This document shows, piece after piece, positions 40,341 through 51,000 of a DNA stretch of 64,000 nt (position 1 is its first letter; every line of letters begins with the position of its first letter). The DNA is from Candidatus Cloacimonadales bacterium (GTDB lineage Bacteria; Cloacimonadota; Cloacimonadia; Cloacimonadales; JAIOQZ01). The notes beneath the pieces were generated by a model. That model saw only the letters and a program-made list of their open reading frames with translations, ran no database searches and was not told the DNA's origin. The stretch lies in NCBI GenBank assembly GCA_963674825.1, contig OY771587.1, forward strand, positions 1,920,001-1,984,000. Reading direction: 5' to 3'. A program made the position numbers and the translations under genes.

Positions 40341-41426
40341 CTACATGATTACCAGCTCGGCCTGTAATGCGCCGGCTGCCTTGAGTGACTGAAAAATGGA
40401 TATAAGATCACGCGGTGTGACTTTAATGCTATTAAGTGCACGGGCGAGTTCCTGTACGGTGCTCGATTCCAGCACCATAACCCGTGCGGGTTCGTTTATC
40501 GCGGAGATTGTTCCGTATTCGCTCGTCTGTTCGGCCATTCCCCAGCCGACACTCTCTGTTTCCGTATAGGTGTTGATCTTGATCATCAGGTTGCCATGCG
40601 CCACTGCCACTTCGGAAAGCTCGACATTGCCGCCGGCGACGATCGTTCCTGTACGCTCGTTGATGACAACGCGCGCTTTCTGCTCGGGAACCACTTCGAG
40701 ATTTTCGATCGTCGAGATGAAGCCGATCAGCTTCTTTTGAACCAGCACCGAGTCGGGTACTACGATCTGCACGGAACTTGCATCTTCCGGCGCTGCCAGA
40801 CGATATTCGAAATGTGCGTTGATCGCTTCAGCGACACGTTGTGCAGTAGTAAAATCGGGATTTTGAAGATTGATGAGCAGCTCGCCGTTGTAGAGCATCT
40901 GACTATAGACTTCTTTCTCCACCACAGCGCCGTCGGGAATCCGTCCCACCAGCGCGAAGTTCTTACGAACTTTCGCACCTGCCGTGCTGGAATTGAAACC
41001 GCCGATGGAGATCGCGCCCTGCGCCATCGCGTAGAGCTCTTCATCGATACCGAGAAGCGGCGTCATAAGAAGCGTTCCGCCTTCAAGGCTCTTGGCGTCA
41101 CCCACGGAAGAGACGGTTACATCGAAACGACTGCCCGACTTGGAAAAAGCCGGAAGCGTTGCGGTAACGATTACCGCTGCAACGTTGTTGGGCCGAATCT
41201 TGTTCTCCGCGATTGTCAGGCCGAACCGCTCCATCATATTCTTGATCGATTGGATCGTCATCTGACTGCTGCTGCCGTCGCCAGTCCCATCCAGGCCAAC
41301 CACTAGCCCGTAGCCGATAAGCTGCTTCGATTCCAGACCGCTGAAACCGGCGATGTCCTTTAACCGGACCTGCGCATGCATGAGCACGACGCTCAGTAGT
41401 AACGCAAGAAACACGGCTCTCTTCAT
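40341..41426 (-). CDS. flgI: Flagellar P-ring protein
   Basis: RLKDI, LIGYGLVVGLDGTGD, GDAKSLEGG, INERTGTIV, AGALQAEL. Confidence 0.96.
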   Translation of the reverse strand: MKRAVFLALLLSVVLMHAQVRLKDIAGFSGLESKQLIGYGLVVGLDGTGDGSSSQMTIQSIKNMMERFGLTIAENKIRPNNVAAVIVTATLPAFSKSGSRFDVTVSSVGDAKSLEGGTLLMTPLLGIDEELYAMAQGAISIGGFNSSTAGAKVRKNFALVGRIPDGAVVEKEVYSQMLYNGELLINLQNPDFTTAQRVAEAINAHFEYRLAAPEDASSVQIVVPDSVLVQKKLIGFISTIENLEVVPEQKARVVINERTGTIVAGGNVELSEVAVAHGNLMIKINTYTETESVGWGMAEQTSEYGTISAINEPARVMVLESSTVQELARALNSIKVTPRDLISIFQSLKAAGALQAELVIM

Positions 41427-41722
41427 TTTCTTTACCTCATAAATTGGTTTTCCACTTGGGCACATCGTTGCCGAGACGCTATGCCCGATCGGAAAATTTA
41501 CCGAACCAGATGGGCGTTGTGAAAGGCTGTCTCTCGTAATCCGCAGCCATAAAACTGTTGTCTCTCGTAATCAACAGCACGAATTGATGTCATTCGTAAT
41601 CAACCACACGGCCAATGAAGACAACCACATCCCCATCAGCCACTTGATTGGAATCGGATAACCACTTCCTCTTCCTCTCGTTTTCCACCGTCGTGGAACC
41701 CATCATTTTTCACGTTATGTTT
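41427..41722 (-). promoter_or_regulatory. Long structured 5' leader (or sRNA) with three repeated stem-loops
   Basis: Motif GATTACGA(GA/AT)GACA at 41528-41541, 41559-41572 and 41588-41601, each inside a different stem. Confidence 0.6.
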
Positions 41723-41734
41723 GCTGACTAATTT

Positions 41735-41750
41735 TGCATGAGCTATGCCA
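41735..41750 (-). promoter_or_regulatory. Putative sigma54 promoter of the flagellar operon
   Basis: Minus strand TGGCATAGCTCATGCA. Confidence 0.7.
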
Positions 41751-42059
41751 ATTGATATGCTTGTATTGTAAAACTATATAGAGTGGTGAGATACGAGAAA
41801 TGTAGGTAGGATATTCCCCTGGAAAATGAAGGTCGTTTCATTCCATGTGGGAAAGAATTTCCCGATAGGTTTTTTCCTCAGAAGGTGTTCATCGTCCGAA
41901 TATACCAATCGTTTAGGCATTCGGATGTCGATATAATGACGCAACATCATTATCCCCATGTTTTTCTTGACTTCATAAACCCGTGATCTTTTCTGAAATC
42001 TGGCGTAACAAATCCGGTCGGATCTTGTTGCATTAAAAGAAAGAACCCGGGCAGGTTGA

Positions 42060-43094
42060 ATGTTAGAGCGAATCATTACACCAGAACAGATGGACACGGA
42101 GCGTGAATTTGACCGCACGCTGCGACCCAAAACACTCTCTGATTTTGTTGGGCAGGATCAGGTTAAGGAGATCCTCGATATTTCCATCAAAGCTGCCCGG
42201 AAACGCAACGAGCCGCTCGATCACGTGCTGCTCTATGGCCCTCCCGGATTAGGAAAGACAACCCTTGCCCATATTATCTCGAACGAACTCGACACCGAGA
42301 TCAAAGTCAGCTCCGGCCCCGTGCTGGAACGTCCTGCCGATCTGGCCGGCGTGCTGACCAACCTCGATCGCCGCAACGTGCTATTCATCGACGAAATCCA
42401 TCGACTCAACCACGTGATCGAGGAATATATGTATCCTGCCATCGAGGACTTCGAGATCGAGATTATCGTCGATAGCGGTCCCAGTGCGCGCACATTCAAA
42501 ATTGATATCGACCCCTTTACACTTATCGGAGCCACTACACGAGCCGGACTGCTCACAGCGCCTATGCGCGCACGTTTCGGAATTATTTTACGGCTGGACT
42601 ACTACGATGAGGAGAGCATTCGCCGGATCATCGAACGTTCTGCCAACCTGATGGGCGTGGAAATCGATCCCGAAGGCCGTGACGAGATGGCGCGACGCTC
42701 ACGCGGTACGCCACGCGTCGCCAATCGCCTGCTCCGAAGAGTGCGCGATTACGCCGAGATCAAAGGCGACGGCGTCATTACGCGTGAGATCGCGATGAAA
42801 GCGCTCAAGATGCTCAATGTGGATAACATGGGCCTGGACGAGATGGATAAACGCATCCTCATGATGATCATGGAAAATTACCGCGGTGGTCCTGTCGGGC
42901 TCAAGACGCTTGCCGTTGCCGTGGGTGAAGATCCCGGCACTATCGAGGAGATATTCGAACCGTATCTGATCCAGCAGGGATTTCTCGAGAGAACCATGCA
43001 GGGTCGCAAGGTGACGATGAAGGCTTACCGGCACTTTGGGCTCAAGCCGATACAATCGCAGCAGACAATTTTTGAAGAAATGGGTGATGAATGA
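42060..43094 (+). CDS. ruvB: Holliday junction DNA helicase RuvB
   Basis: LRPK, GPPGLGKTT, FIDEIHRL, GATTRAG, RGTPRVANRLLRRVRD. Confidence 0.98.
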   Translation: MLERIITPEQMDTEREFDRTLRPKTLSDFVGQDQVKEILDISIKAARKRNEPLDHVLLYGPPGLGKTTLAHIISNELDTEIKVSSGPVLERPADLAGVLTNLDRRNVLFIDEIHRLNHVIEEYMYPAIEDFEIEIIVDSGPSARTFKIDIDPFTLIGATTRAGLLTAPMRARFGIILRLDYYDEESIRRIIERSANLMGVEIDPEGRDEMARRSRGTPRVANRLLRRVRDYAEIKGDGVITREIAMKALKMLNVDNMGLDEMDKRILMMIMENYRGGPVGLKTLAVAVGEDPGTIEEIFEPYLIQQGFLERTMQGRKVTMKAYRHFGLKPIQSQQTIFEEMGDE

Positions 43095-44176
43095 GACAAC
43101 TTCTCGCAACCTCAATTCTACTGATCGCGATTCTGTCGCTGATTTCATGTAAAGACAGCTCTTCACCGACTTCCAATACAGCCTGGATTAATACACCCAA
43201 CGAAGGTTACGTTTGGTATCGATATTGGACGCTCAGCCTGCAATATACAGGTGATACACCCGAAAGTGTCGTGTTTTACGTAGATAATGGAACTTACAGT
43301 ACCGATACAGAAGCACCGTTTACCTTTGAGTGGGACCTTGAAGATTTCGAGTATGGTCCGCACAGGATCGAAGCGAAAGTGTATTTTCCCGATGATGAAA
43401 TCTACGATACAGACGATATCTCGATTCGTTACATGCCGATGCCGTTCAAGCCGGAACTGCTGGAAAATTACGACGGCTACACGAAGCGGGATGAGCATGG
43501 TAACCTGATCGGCGAGGTTGATTCGCGTGACTGGCAACTTTGGGACCTCAATACAGAGTTAACGAGAGAAGCCACGATCGGTGGTGTGGAGTTAAGGGCT
43601 GAAGGTCGAAAAGTCTACATTGATTGGAATACCGTTTTCGAGGATAACCATACCGGATTCTATCTGTATCGGGCAACTGATCCCGATGCAATGAATGAGG
43701 ATCATGCTATCCAGATAAACCAGTACGCGATTACCGGAACTCCCGGAGATGACGGAATTGTTTACTACAGTTGGATCGATTCTCTGAATATCGAGTATAT
43801 GACCTACTACTACTGGTTGGACGCGGTCGATCAACAGGGCGTTTCGGAGGTGTCCGGTCCGTGGGCGTGCACTGTAAGTGAAGATATTGAATGGATTACA
43901 TCCATCAGCTCTCCATATCCCAACCCAACTACTGACGAGTCATCCTGCTATTTCACACTGAGCGAAGAAAGCGAAATGACCGTGATGATTGTCGATCGTG
44001 ACGGAGATATACTTGATATAATAATGAATGCAGAAACACTGCCTGCCGGTGCTAATAGTTTCACGTGGAACTGCTCCGATTTCAGCTACGGTCTTTACCG
44101 TTGTGCATATTACATCAAAAATGAATCAAACGAATCCATCGGTTATGGCGATATTGTTCATGGCATTAGCAATTGA
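43091..44176 (+). CDS. Lipoprotein with Ig-like domains and a CTD-like C-terminus
   Basis: Lipobox LIS-C; Big-like domain; PYPNPTT...FTWN....YGLY. Confidence 0.75.
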   Translation: MRQLLATSILLIAILSLISCKDSSSPTSNTAWINTPNEGYVWYRYWTLSLQYTGDTPESVVFYVDNGTYSTDTEAPFTFEWDLEDFEYGPHRIEAKVYFPDDEIYDTDDISIRYMPMPFKPELLENYDGYTKRDEHGNLIGEVDSRDWQLWDLNTELTREATIGGVELRAEGRKVYIDWNTVFEDNHTGFYLYRATDPDAMNEDHAIQINQYAITGTPGDDGIVYYSWIDSLNIEYMTYYYWLDAVDQQGVSEVSGPWACTVSEDIEWITSISSPYPNPTTDESSCYFTLSEESEMTVMIVDRDGDILDIIMNAETLPAGANSFTWNCSDFSYGLYRCAYYIKNESNESIGYGDIVHGISN

Positions 44177-44232
44177 AATTGAGATGAAACTTTCCTTGAC
44201 TGTCCGTTTCGACGGAAGAAATTCGACGCAAT

Positions 44233-45021
44233 ATGAAGAAACCTGTTTTTGCGGTTGATATAGGAAATACGCACATTGCCTGTGGGATATACCACGAAGA
44301 TGCCTTGAAGCATTCATGGCGGATCGGTACCGACGCGTCCAAAACCGAGGATGAATACTTCTCCGTGCTGGACCGATTATTTGATCATGCCGGAATCGGT
44401 ATGGATCAGATAGGCTATGTAGCGCTTTCATGCGTTGTTCCGCCTCTGACCAGGGTGTTCGATCACATCACCGCGAAATACTTCAACGCGCAATTCCTCA
44501 ACGTCAATAGCGCTACCAATACTGGGCTTACATACCCGATGGAGGATCCATCTTATATCGGCGCTGATCTTATCGTAAACGCCTATGCCGCATGGAAGAA
44601 ATACCAGGATCATTGCATTGTATGCGATTTCGGAACCGCTACCACGATTCAGCTCGTGGGTAACGATGGTTTTTTCCACGGCGCGATTATCGCTCCCGGT
44701 GTCATGACATCCTCGACGAATCTCATCCAGAAGACGTCACAGCTTTCCGCTGTGCGGCTGGAAAAGCCGGTCAACGTTCTCGGAACCAGTACACGCGATG
44801 CGATGCTGTCTGGTATTGTGGGAGGAAGCGCGCACATGATCGACGGTTTCATCAACGAAATTCGCGCAACCTACGCGCATCTCGGTCAGATCAAAGCGAT
44901 CGCCACCGGCGGTATTGCCGGATTGATCGGCGAGAACGCAAAAACACTCGACACCATAGACAAAACGCTGACCCTGGACGGCCTCAACATGATTTGCAGG
45001 AAAATATTCGCGGATGAATAA
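44233..45021 (+). CDS. coaX: Type III pantothenate kinase
   Basis: VDIGNT, GAD, DFGTATT, ATGG, LTLDGL. Confidence 0.95.
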   Translation: MKKPVFAVDIGNTHIACGIYHEDALKHSWRIGTDASKTEDEYFSVLDRLFDHAGIGMDQIGYVALSCVVPPLTRVFDHITAKYFNAQFLNVNSATNTGLTYPMEDPSYIGADLIVNAYAAWKKYQDHCIVCDFGTATTIQLVGNDGFFHGAIIAPGVMTSSTNLIQKTSQLSAVRLEKPVNVLGTSTRDAMLSGIVGGSAHMIDGFINEIRATYAHLGQIKAIATGGIAGLIGENAKTLDTIDKTLTLDGLNMICRKIFADE

Positions 45022-48000
45022 GAAATTCCTGCTCATCCTGCTGCTCACAGCGCTGTTGATGCCGTTAATGGCTGAAGCTTCTTATAAGCTGCCTTACACG
45101 CTGAACGGCTACTACCCGTTGGTTGACAACAAAATCGACATCCTCAAATACCCACACGGCGTTGGCCTGGGATTGATAAATGCCCGGATCAAACCTGACT
45201 TCGAATTCACCACGCGAGAGGTGGTCGATATCGAGGATTCACTCGTTGTGATGGTTGCGGAATATCATGGAATCGAGTATCCGTTGCAGATAATTGTCAC
45301 GTTCGATCAATATATCAACAACCAGATGGTGGCATCATTCCACAAGATGTTGCGTGAACAGGCTATGCAGCAAATTCAGGATGGTGAGAAGGAAACCGGT
45401 GAAGGTATCTTCGGTAAGGAACTTTCTATCGACCTTCCCAAAATGGCGCTTCCAAAGGTTGTTAAAGATTTCATGGGCGATAAGGCTGCCCGGCTGAATA
45501 TTGACGGTAGCGAGAAACTGACATTCCGCGTGGGAAGTACCAAGAATGACAACGCCCAGTACAGTGAAAGCGGATCGTCGGAAGACCTCGACCTCGACCT
45601 CAAGCAGGAGCTTCGGCTTCGGCTTCGCGGTACGATTGGTGAGAAAATCCATGTGAATATCACCCATACTTCCGTTTCCGACGAAGAGATCGGTAATCCG
45701 AATACGATCGAGATCAAATATGTCGGTAACGAGGACGAAATCGTTCAAACGATCGAGGGTGGAAATATTTCCCTAGCGCTATCGGGCTCGAAGATCAATT
45801 ATTCGGCATCATCGGAAAGTCTTTTCGGTATCAAAGCAACCATGAAAGCAGGACCGCTCGATTTGACCTATATCCTGGGTAAGGAAGAGGGCGAAAAGAA
45901 TACGGAGTCATACACCGGGCAATCGCAGGAAGACTCACTTACCTTCTACAGCCAGAACTATGCGCATCGCTCTTACTTCTACATCGATGACCCGAAAGCT
46001 CTCTATGCGATCTACGGTATCGATACCGACTTACCTGATAATCTTCCCGAGACGTGGTCTGGCAACGCGATCGTGACCGGCTCTGGTGGCGAGTGGATGA
46101 TCAAGTCGCCGCAGTTGCTTCCCGATGAAAACTCGGTTCGCGTTTTCGTGGACGACCATAACTATAACAACGATACGGTGGATTCTTTCCCGGGTATTTC
46201 GTGGAACGAACCGGAAAACACGACCGAATACAGATTCGAAGAGCTCTTCGAGGGTACGGACTTCACGTTCGACTACGGAACGGGTATTCTGTCGATCGAA
46301 AAATCTATTACCGACCTTTACACAGTAGGTGTTACTTACACGCTCAACAATGAGCAGATTGGCGATCCATCGACGACCAACCTGCAAGTCAAGCTGTTGA
46401 AGAAGAAGAATCAGACAGAATTGGACAACACTTGGAAATACGAGATGCGCAACATCTACGATCTGAACATGCAAAATGTGAAGAGCGAAGGTTTCAAGGT
46501 GAACGTCTATACGGTGGTTGACGGCGGTTCGGAACTGGTGTATGCAGTGCCGGACGACATCGATATGGGTACCGTGGGCTCAACTTACAACGACTACCTG
46601 CGTCTCGATAGCAACGGTGACGATCTTATCAACGGTGACGACAACACCATCAACCTCAGCAGCGGTATCGTAATTTTCCCATTCCTGGAGCCATTCTACG
46701 CTTTGGGCGACTCTATCATCTACACCGATGAATCCACAATTACCAGCACCGATACGCAGATGCGTATGTATGTTGTCGGTAAGGTTGGTCGTGACCAGAT
46801 TTCGCTCAATCAGCTCAACATCGTCAAGGGTAGCGTCTCGGTGAAGGTTAACGGAAAGACCCTTGAAGAGAATGTCGATTATACGGTTGATTACGATTTC
46901 GGAACCGTGACCTTCCTCTCGTCTGAAGCAAAGGATCCTACCGCCGAAATTGAGATCGATTACGAATACAGGCCTATCTTCGCTATCTCATCGCGCATCA
47001 TGACCGGTGTCCGTGCTGACTTGAAGCTTGGCGACAACGCCCGTCTCGGCGGTACGTTCATCTACCACTCGGAAGAAGTGGAAGAAAAGCGTCCCAAAAT
47101 CGGCAGCGAAAACAAGATCCAGATGATGGCCGGTCTCGATGGAGAAATCAGCATCGACATGCCGCTCCTTACCCGGATCGTCGATTGGATTCCACTGGTT
47201 AAAACTGACGCCGAATCGGAAGTGAGCCTCTCCAGCGAAGTTGCGATCAACATCCCGCAGATATACGGCGATCCCGATAAAAAAGGTGATCCCGAAGCAT
47301 ATCTGGAAGACATGGAATCGATCCTCAGCACGTTCCCGCTGGGAACCACACGTGCAACCTGGGTGCCCGGTAGCAAGCCACTGAATTATAACTATGGCAA
47401 AGCCGATATCAACTGGTATAATCCGACCGATATCTACATGAATGATGTTTATGACGACGATCTGCTGACCGAAGACGAGAAAAATGAAAAGGTCTCGCTG
47501 ATGCAGGTTCGTGTGCTTACACCGGAAATCCATATGCCGGGAATCAACCGGAAATATTGGGCCGGACTTCAGAAATATATCGGTAACCAACTTGATTTCT
47601 CTGAAAAGAAGTACATCGAGATCATGGTCAAGGCAGACAGCGTTGATTCGCCGATCAACATCCACATCGACCTGGGTGATGTCAGTGAAGACTTCTATAC
47701 CGATTTTGGCGGCCTGGGTGTGCTCAATACCGAAGATGGTAAAAACGGCGGTGACTTCGACGGCGCTTACGACTACAAAGAAGACATCGGTCTGGACGGA
47801 TATCCGAACGGTAATCCGCTCGATGATCCGAACGACAACTTCAGCAACGACAAAGTAAACAACATCTACCCATATATCAACGGTACCGAGGACAACAAGA
47901 GTCTGGATACGGAAGATCTCGACGAAAACGGTAGTCTCGATACCACGAACAGGTATCTGGAGTACACGGTCTCGCTCAATTCCGATCAATTCCTGGAGAG

Positions 48001-51000
48001 TGAGAACGATAAAGGATATCGCATCTACCGCATTCCACTGAAGGACAAGGCAGCATTTCAATCTGTCACCGATTCTGCCACGCAGCCCGATCTGGAACGT
48101 GTCAGCTATGTCAGGGTGTGGTTCGAGACGGAAGAGGATGCGATCATCAACATCGTGTCTATGGATATCGTCGGAAATAAATGGGAAGAATCGACGATCC
48201 GCTATTCCGGTACCGATGAGATTGTCCCGGCTTCTTACCTTGAAAGCCATAGCGTGTCCGTTCAGGCTGGTATCATCGATAACCAGAAGGATAACACATA
48301 CACTTCACCGCCTGAGACCACAGAAGAGAAAGACGGCGTCGAGGTGTTTGAGCAGGCTTTGACCATCGATTACGAAAACATCCATAGCGGTTTGTATTCT
48401 CTGGTTCATCAGAATTTTACGAATACCTACAACCTTCTGAACTACGGCAAGCTGCGCTTCTGGGTCTACCCTGAGGCGGGAGATTTCGGCACGGTGAAAG
48501 ATTCGATCGAGATTGTTCTTCAGATCGGTGGTGATTCGCTCAACTATTATGAAGTGGCGATCAAAGTTCTGCCCAATGAGAAGCGAGACAAGATGCAGCG
48601 CTCACTTTGGACGGATTACGAGATTGATTTTAATGACCTTACAAAGCTGAAGCTCATAGACCCGGACACTTATTCTATCGTGTCCGATACGGTAGGAATA
48701 TACACATACAAGAAGTACAAGAATCCGACGCTATCTTCGATCGATTACATGTCGCTGGGTATTCGCGTACCGGGAGGCAGCGAGAAATTCACGGGTCGTG
48801 TGTTCTTCGACGATATTCGCGTAGCGGAACCATTCGACGATATAGGTTACTCGGCGAGTTCATCGCTGAGCATCAAGTTCGCGGACTTCTCGAACCTCAA
48901 TGTGAACGTAAGCTGGGAGACTCCAAACTACTACTTGATCAAGAATAGAACGGGTAGCTCCGGAACCACGAACACGGCGTTCAACGAGTCGATCAGCCTG
49001 GATGTGACCAATAACTACAACCTGCATAAGTTCTTCCCGGCCGAGTGGGGACTCAGCATCCCGCTTTCGCTGAAACAGACGCAATCCGAGTCGAAATCGA
49101 AATATATCTATAACTCGGATGTCGAGGTGAGTACGATCACCGATAAGGCCGAAAAAGACAGGCAGATTACCAAGACGCTGAAACGATCGGCTACGATTTC
49201 TTTCAGCCAGAATAAAACACCCGATAGCTGGATCCTGGCGTATACAATCAAGAATATCTCGTTTAATGGCGATATGTCGAAAAATATCAGCCGTACGCCT
49301 TCGCAACGCGATACGACGTTCTCTTACAACCAGAAATACGCTTATAATCTGGATATCCCGCGTGAAAAACTGGGCATCGAGCTGTTCAAGAATTATTCGG
49401 TCTATTTTCTGCCGCGATCCTATAAGAACAGCCTCAACTACCGCATCTCGTTCCCGCGCAGATGGCGCTGGCTACGCGATTCTGACGGTTCATACGGGTG
49501 GGAACGTGACACACAGGTTCAGACGACTAAGACCGTTGATACCAGCAACATCATCAGCTACGATATCACCTCCGATCTGGGCCTGACCTACTCGCTGACC
49601 ACCACACGAAACATGCTTTGGCGTGAAGAATGGCAGGGTGTCAATATCGGCCGTGCAAAGGATAAAACCCAGAGCTGGGATCTCTCTTACAATCCGAATT
49701 ATATCGATAATATCCTGACGTTCAGCAGTGACATGAACATCGATTATAACGAAAGCCAGAAGGAATACAACAACACTACTGATCCCGATCTGCCGGAGCA
49801 TTACTTCAAGTATCAGGGTAGCGTGAAGCGTAAAATCAGCTTCGATGTCACCTTGCGTAACAGCGATTTACTCACTGGCCTTGCGGACTGGCTTGGTGCA
49901 CCTCCGGATGAACTCGAGGAAATGCCTGACGAGTTCAAGGATATCGAAGATCTCAAGGGCGATGAAAAGGACTTCGACAAAGATGGTGAATTGGATATGG
50001 AACATCTCGACAATCTCGGCAATGGTGACGGAGATGAAAACATCCCGCCGGACGACCTCAAGCCGGGTGAAGATCAAGGCAGAGCCGGCTCAACCCGTCA
50101 CAAACCGCAGGAAGAACACAAGTCGCTGAACGATTTCGGTATTCCCGATTCCACGATGACCGATTCAACGATCGCCAAGCCAGACGAGCCTCTGACGACC
50201 GGTAAAGTGCTGGCAATTCTGGTTCGCTATCTGGCGCGTTTCGAGAATATCACCGTAGATTACACCAATAGCTACGGAACGATCTTTGACGAACGCGATA
50301 ATCCGCCGAACTTCAACTACCAGCTAAGTTTACCTCATGTACTTCCCGAAAACTACGAAGACGGGGAAATTACCGAAAAGACTCTCGACGATGCTTATAC
50401 CGTCTCTACCGGATTCCAGATATTGAACAACCTGAATACGCGATGGAGTTACGGAAAAAATATCAGCCGAACCTATTCGAGCTCTACCGGAAAGGTTGAG
50501 AAGACAATCTTCCCGAACGTGACAATCACGCTTACCGAGGTTGAGAAGATTGTAGGACTTACCGATTACCTCTCGAATTCGCGTATAACCAGTACATACA
50601 CACAGTCCCAACAGGACACTTGGGCCTCAGGGCGACATACGAAGGTCGTGAAAACCATCGCGATGAGTCCGCTTGCCGAATGGGCTGGTAAATGGAGCTT
50701 CGATCTCAATTCCCGCGTCGGGTACAACATGGATACGTCTGAAGATGTTACCCTGTACGAAGATAACAACAGGGTTGTAGAACGGAACAGCTCAAGGCTA
50801 TACGCTACGCTTTCACACACTCTGAAAGCGGCCAAGGGGATCAAGATCCCGTTCGTGAAAGAGCGGCTGCGTCTCAAGAACGAATTTACCACCGACCTTA
50901 CATTCTCCTGGGAAAAGAGCAAGACTACGCGTAAGAGCGGTGAGGAAACGAACCAGACAGACGCAGATAACGAGAAGTACGATATCACACTTGGCGGTAC

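Noticed and set aside
41525..41603. Mini CRISPR array interpretation of the three repeats
   Set aside because: Repeat of 14 nt and period of about 30 nt are too short, and the intervening sequence forms the stems
41479..41706. 38-aa ORF in the flgI leader, extendable by UGA read-through as a possible selenoprotein
   Set aside because: No RBS, no redox-like context, and the repeats fall in different frames; an RNA/DNA motif explanation fits better
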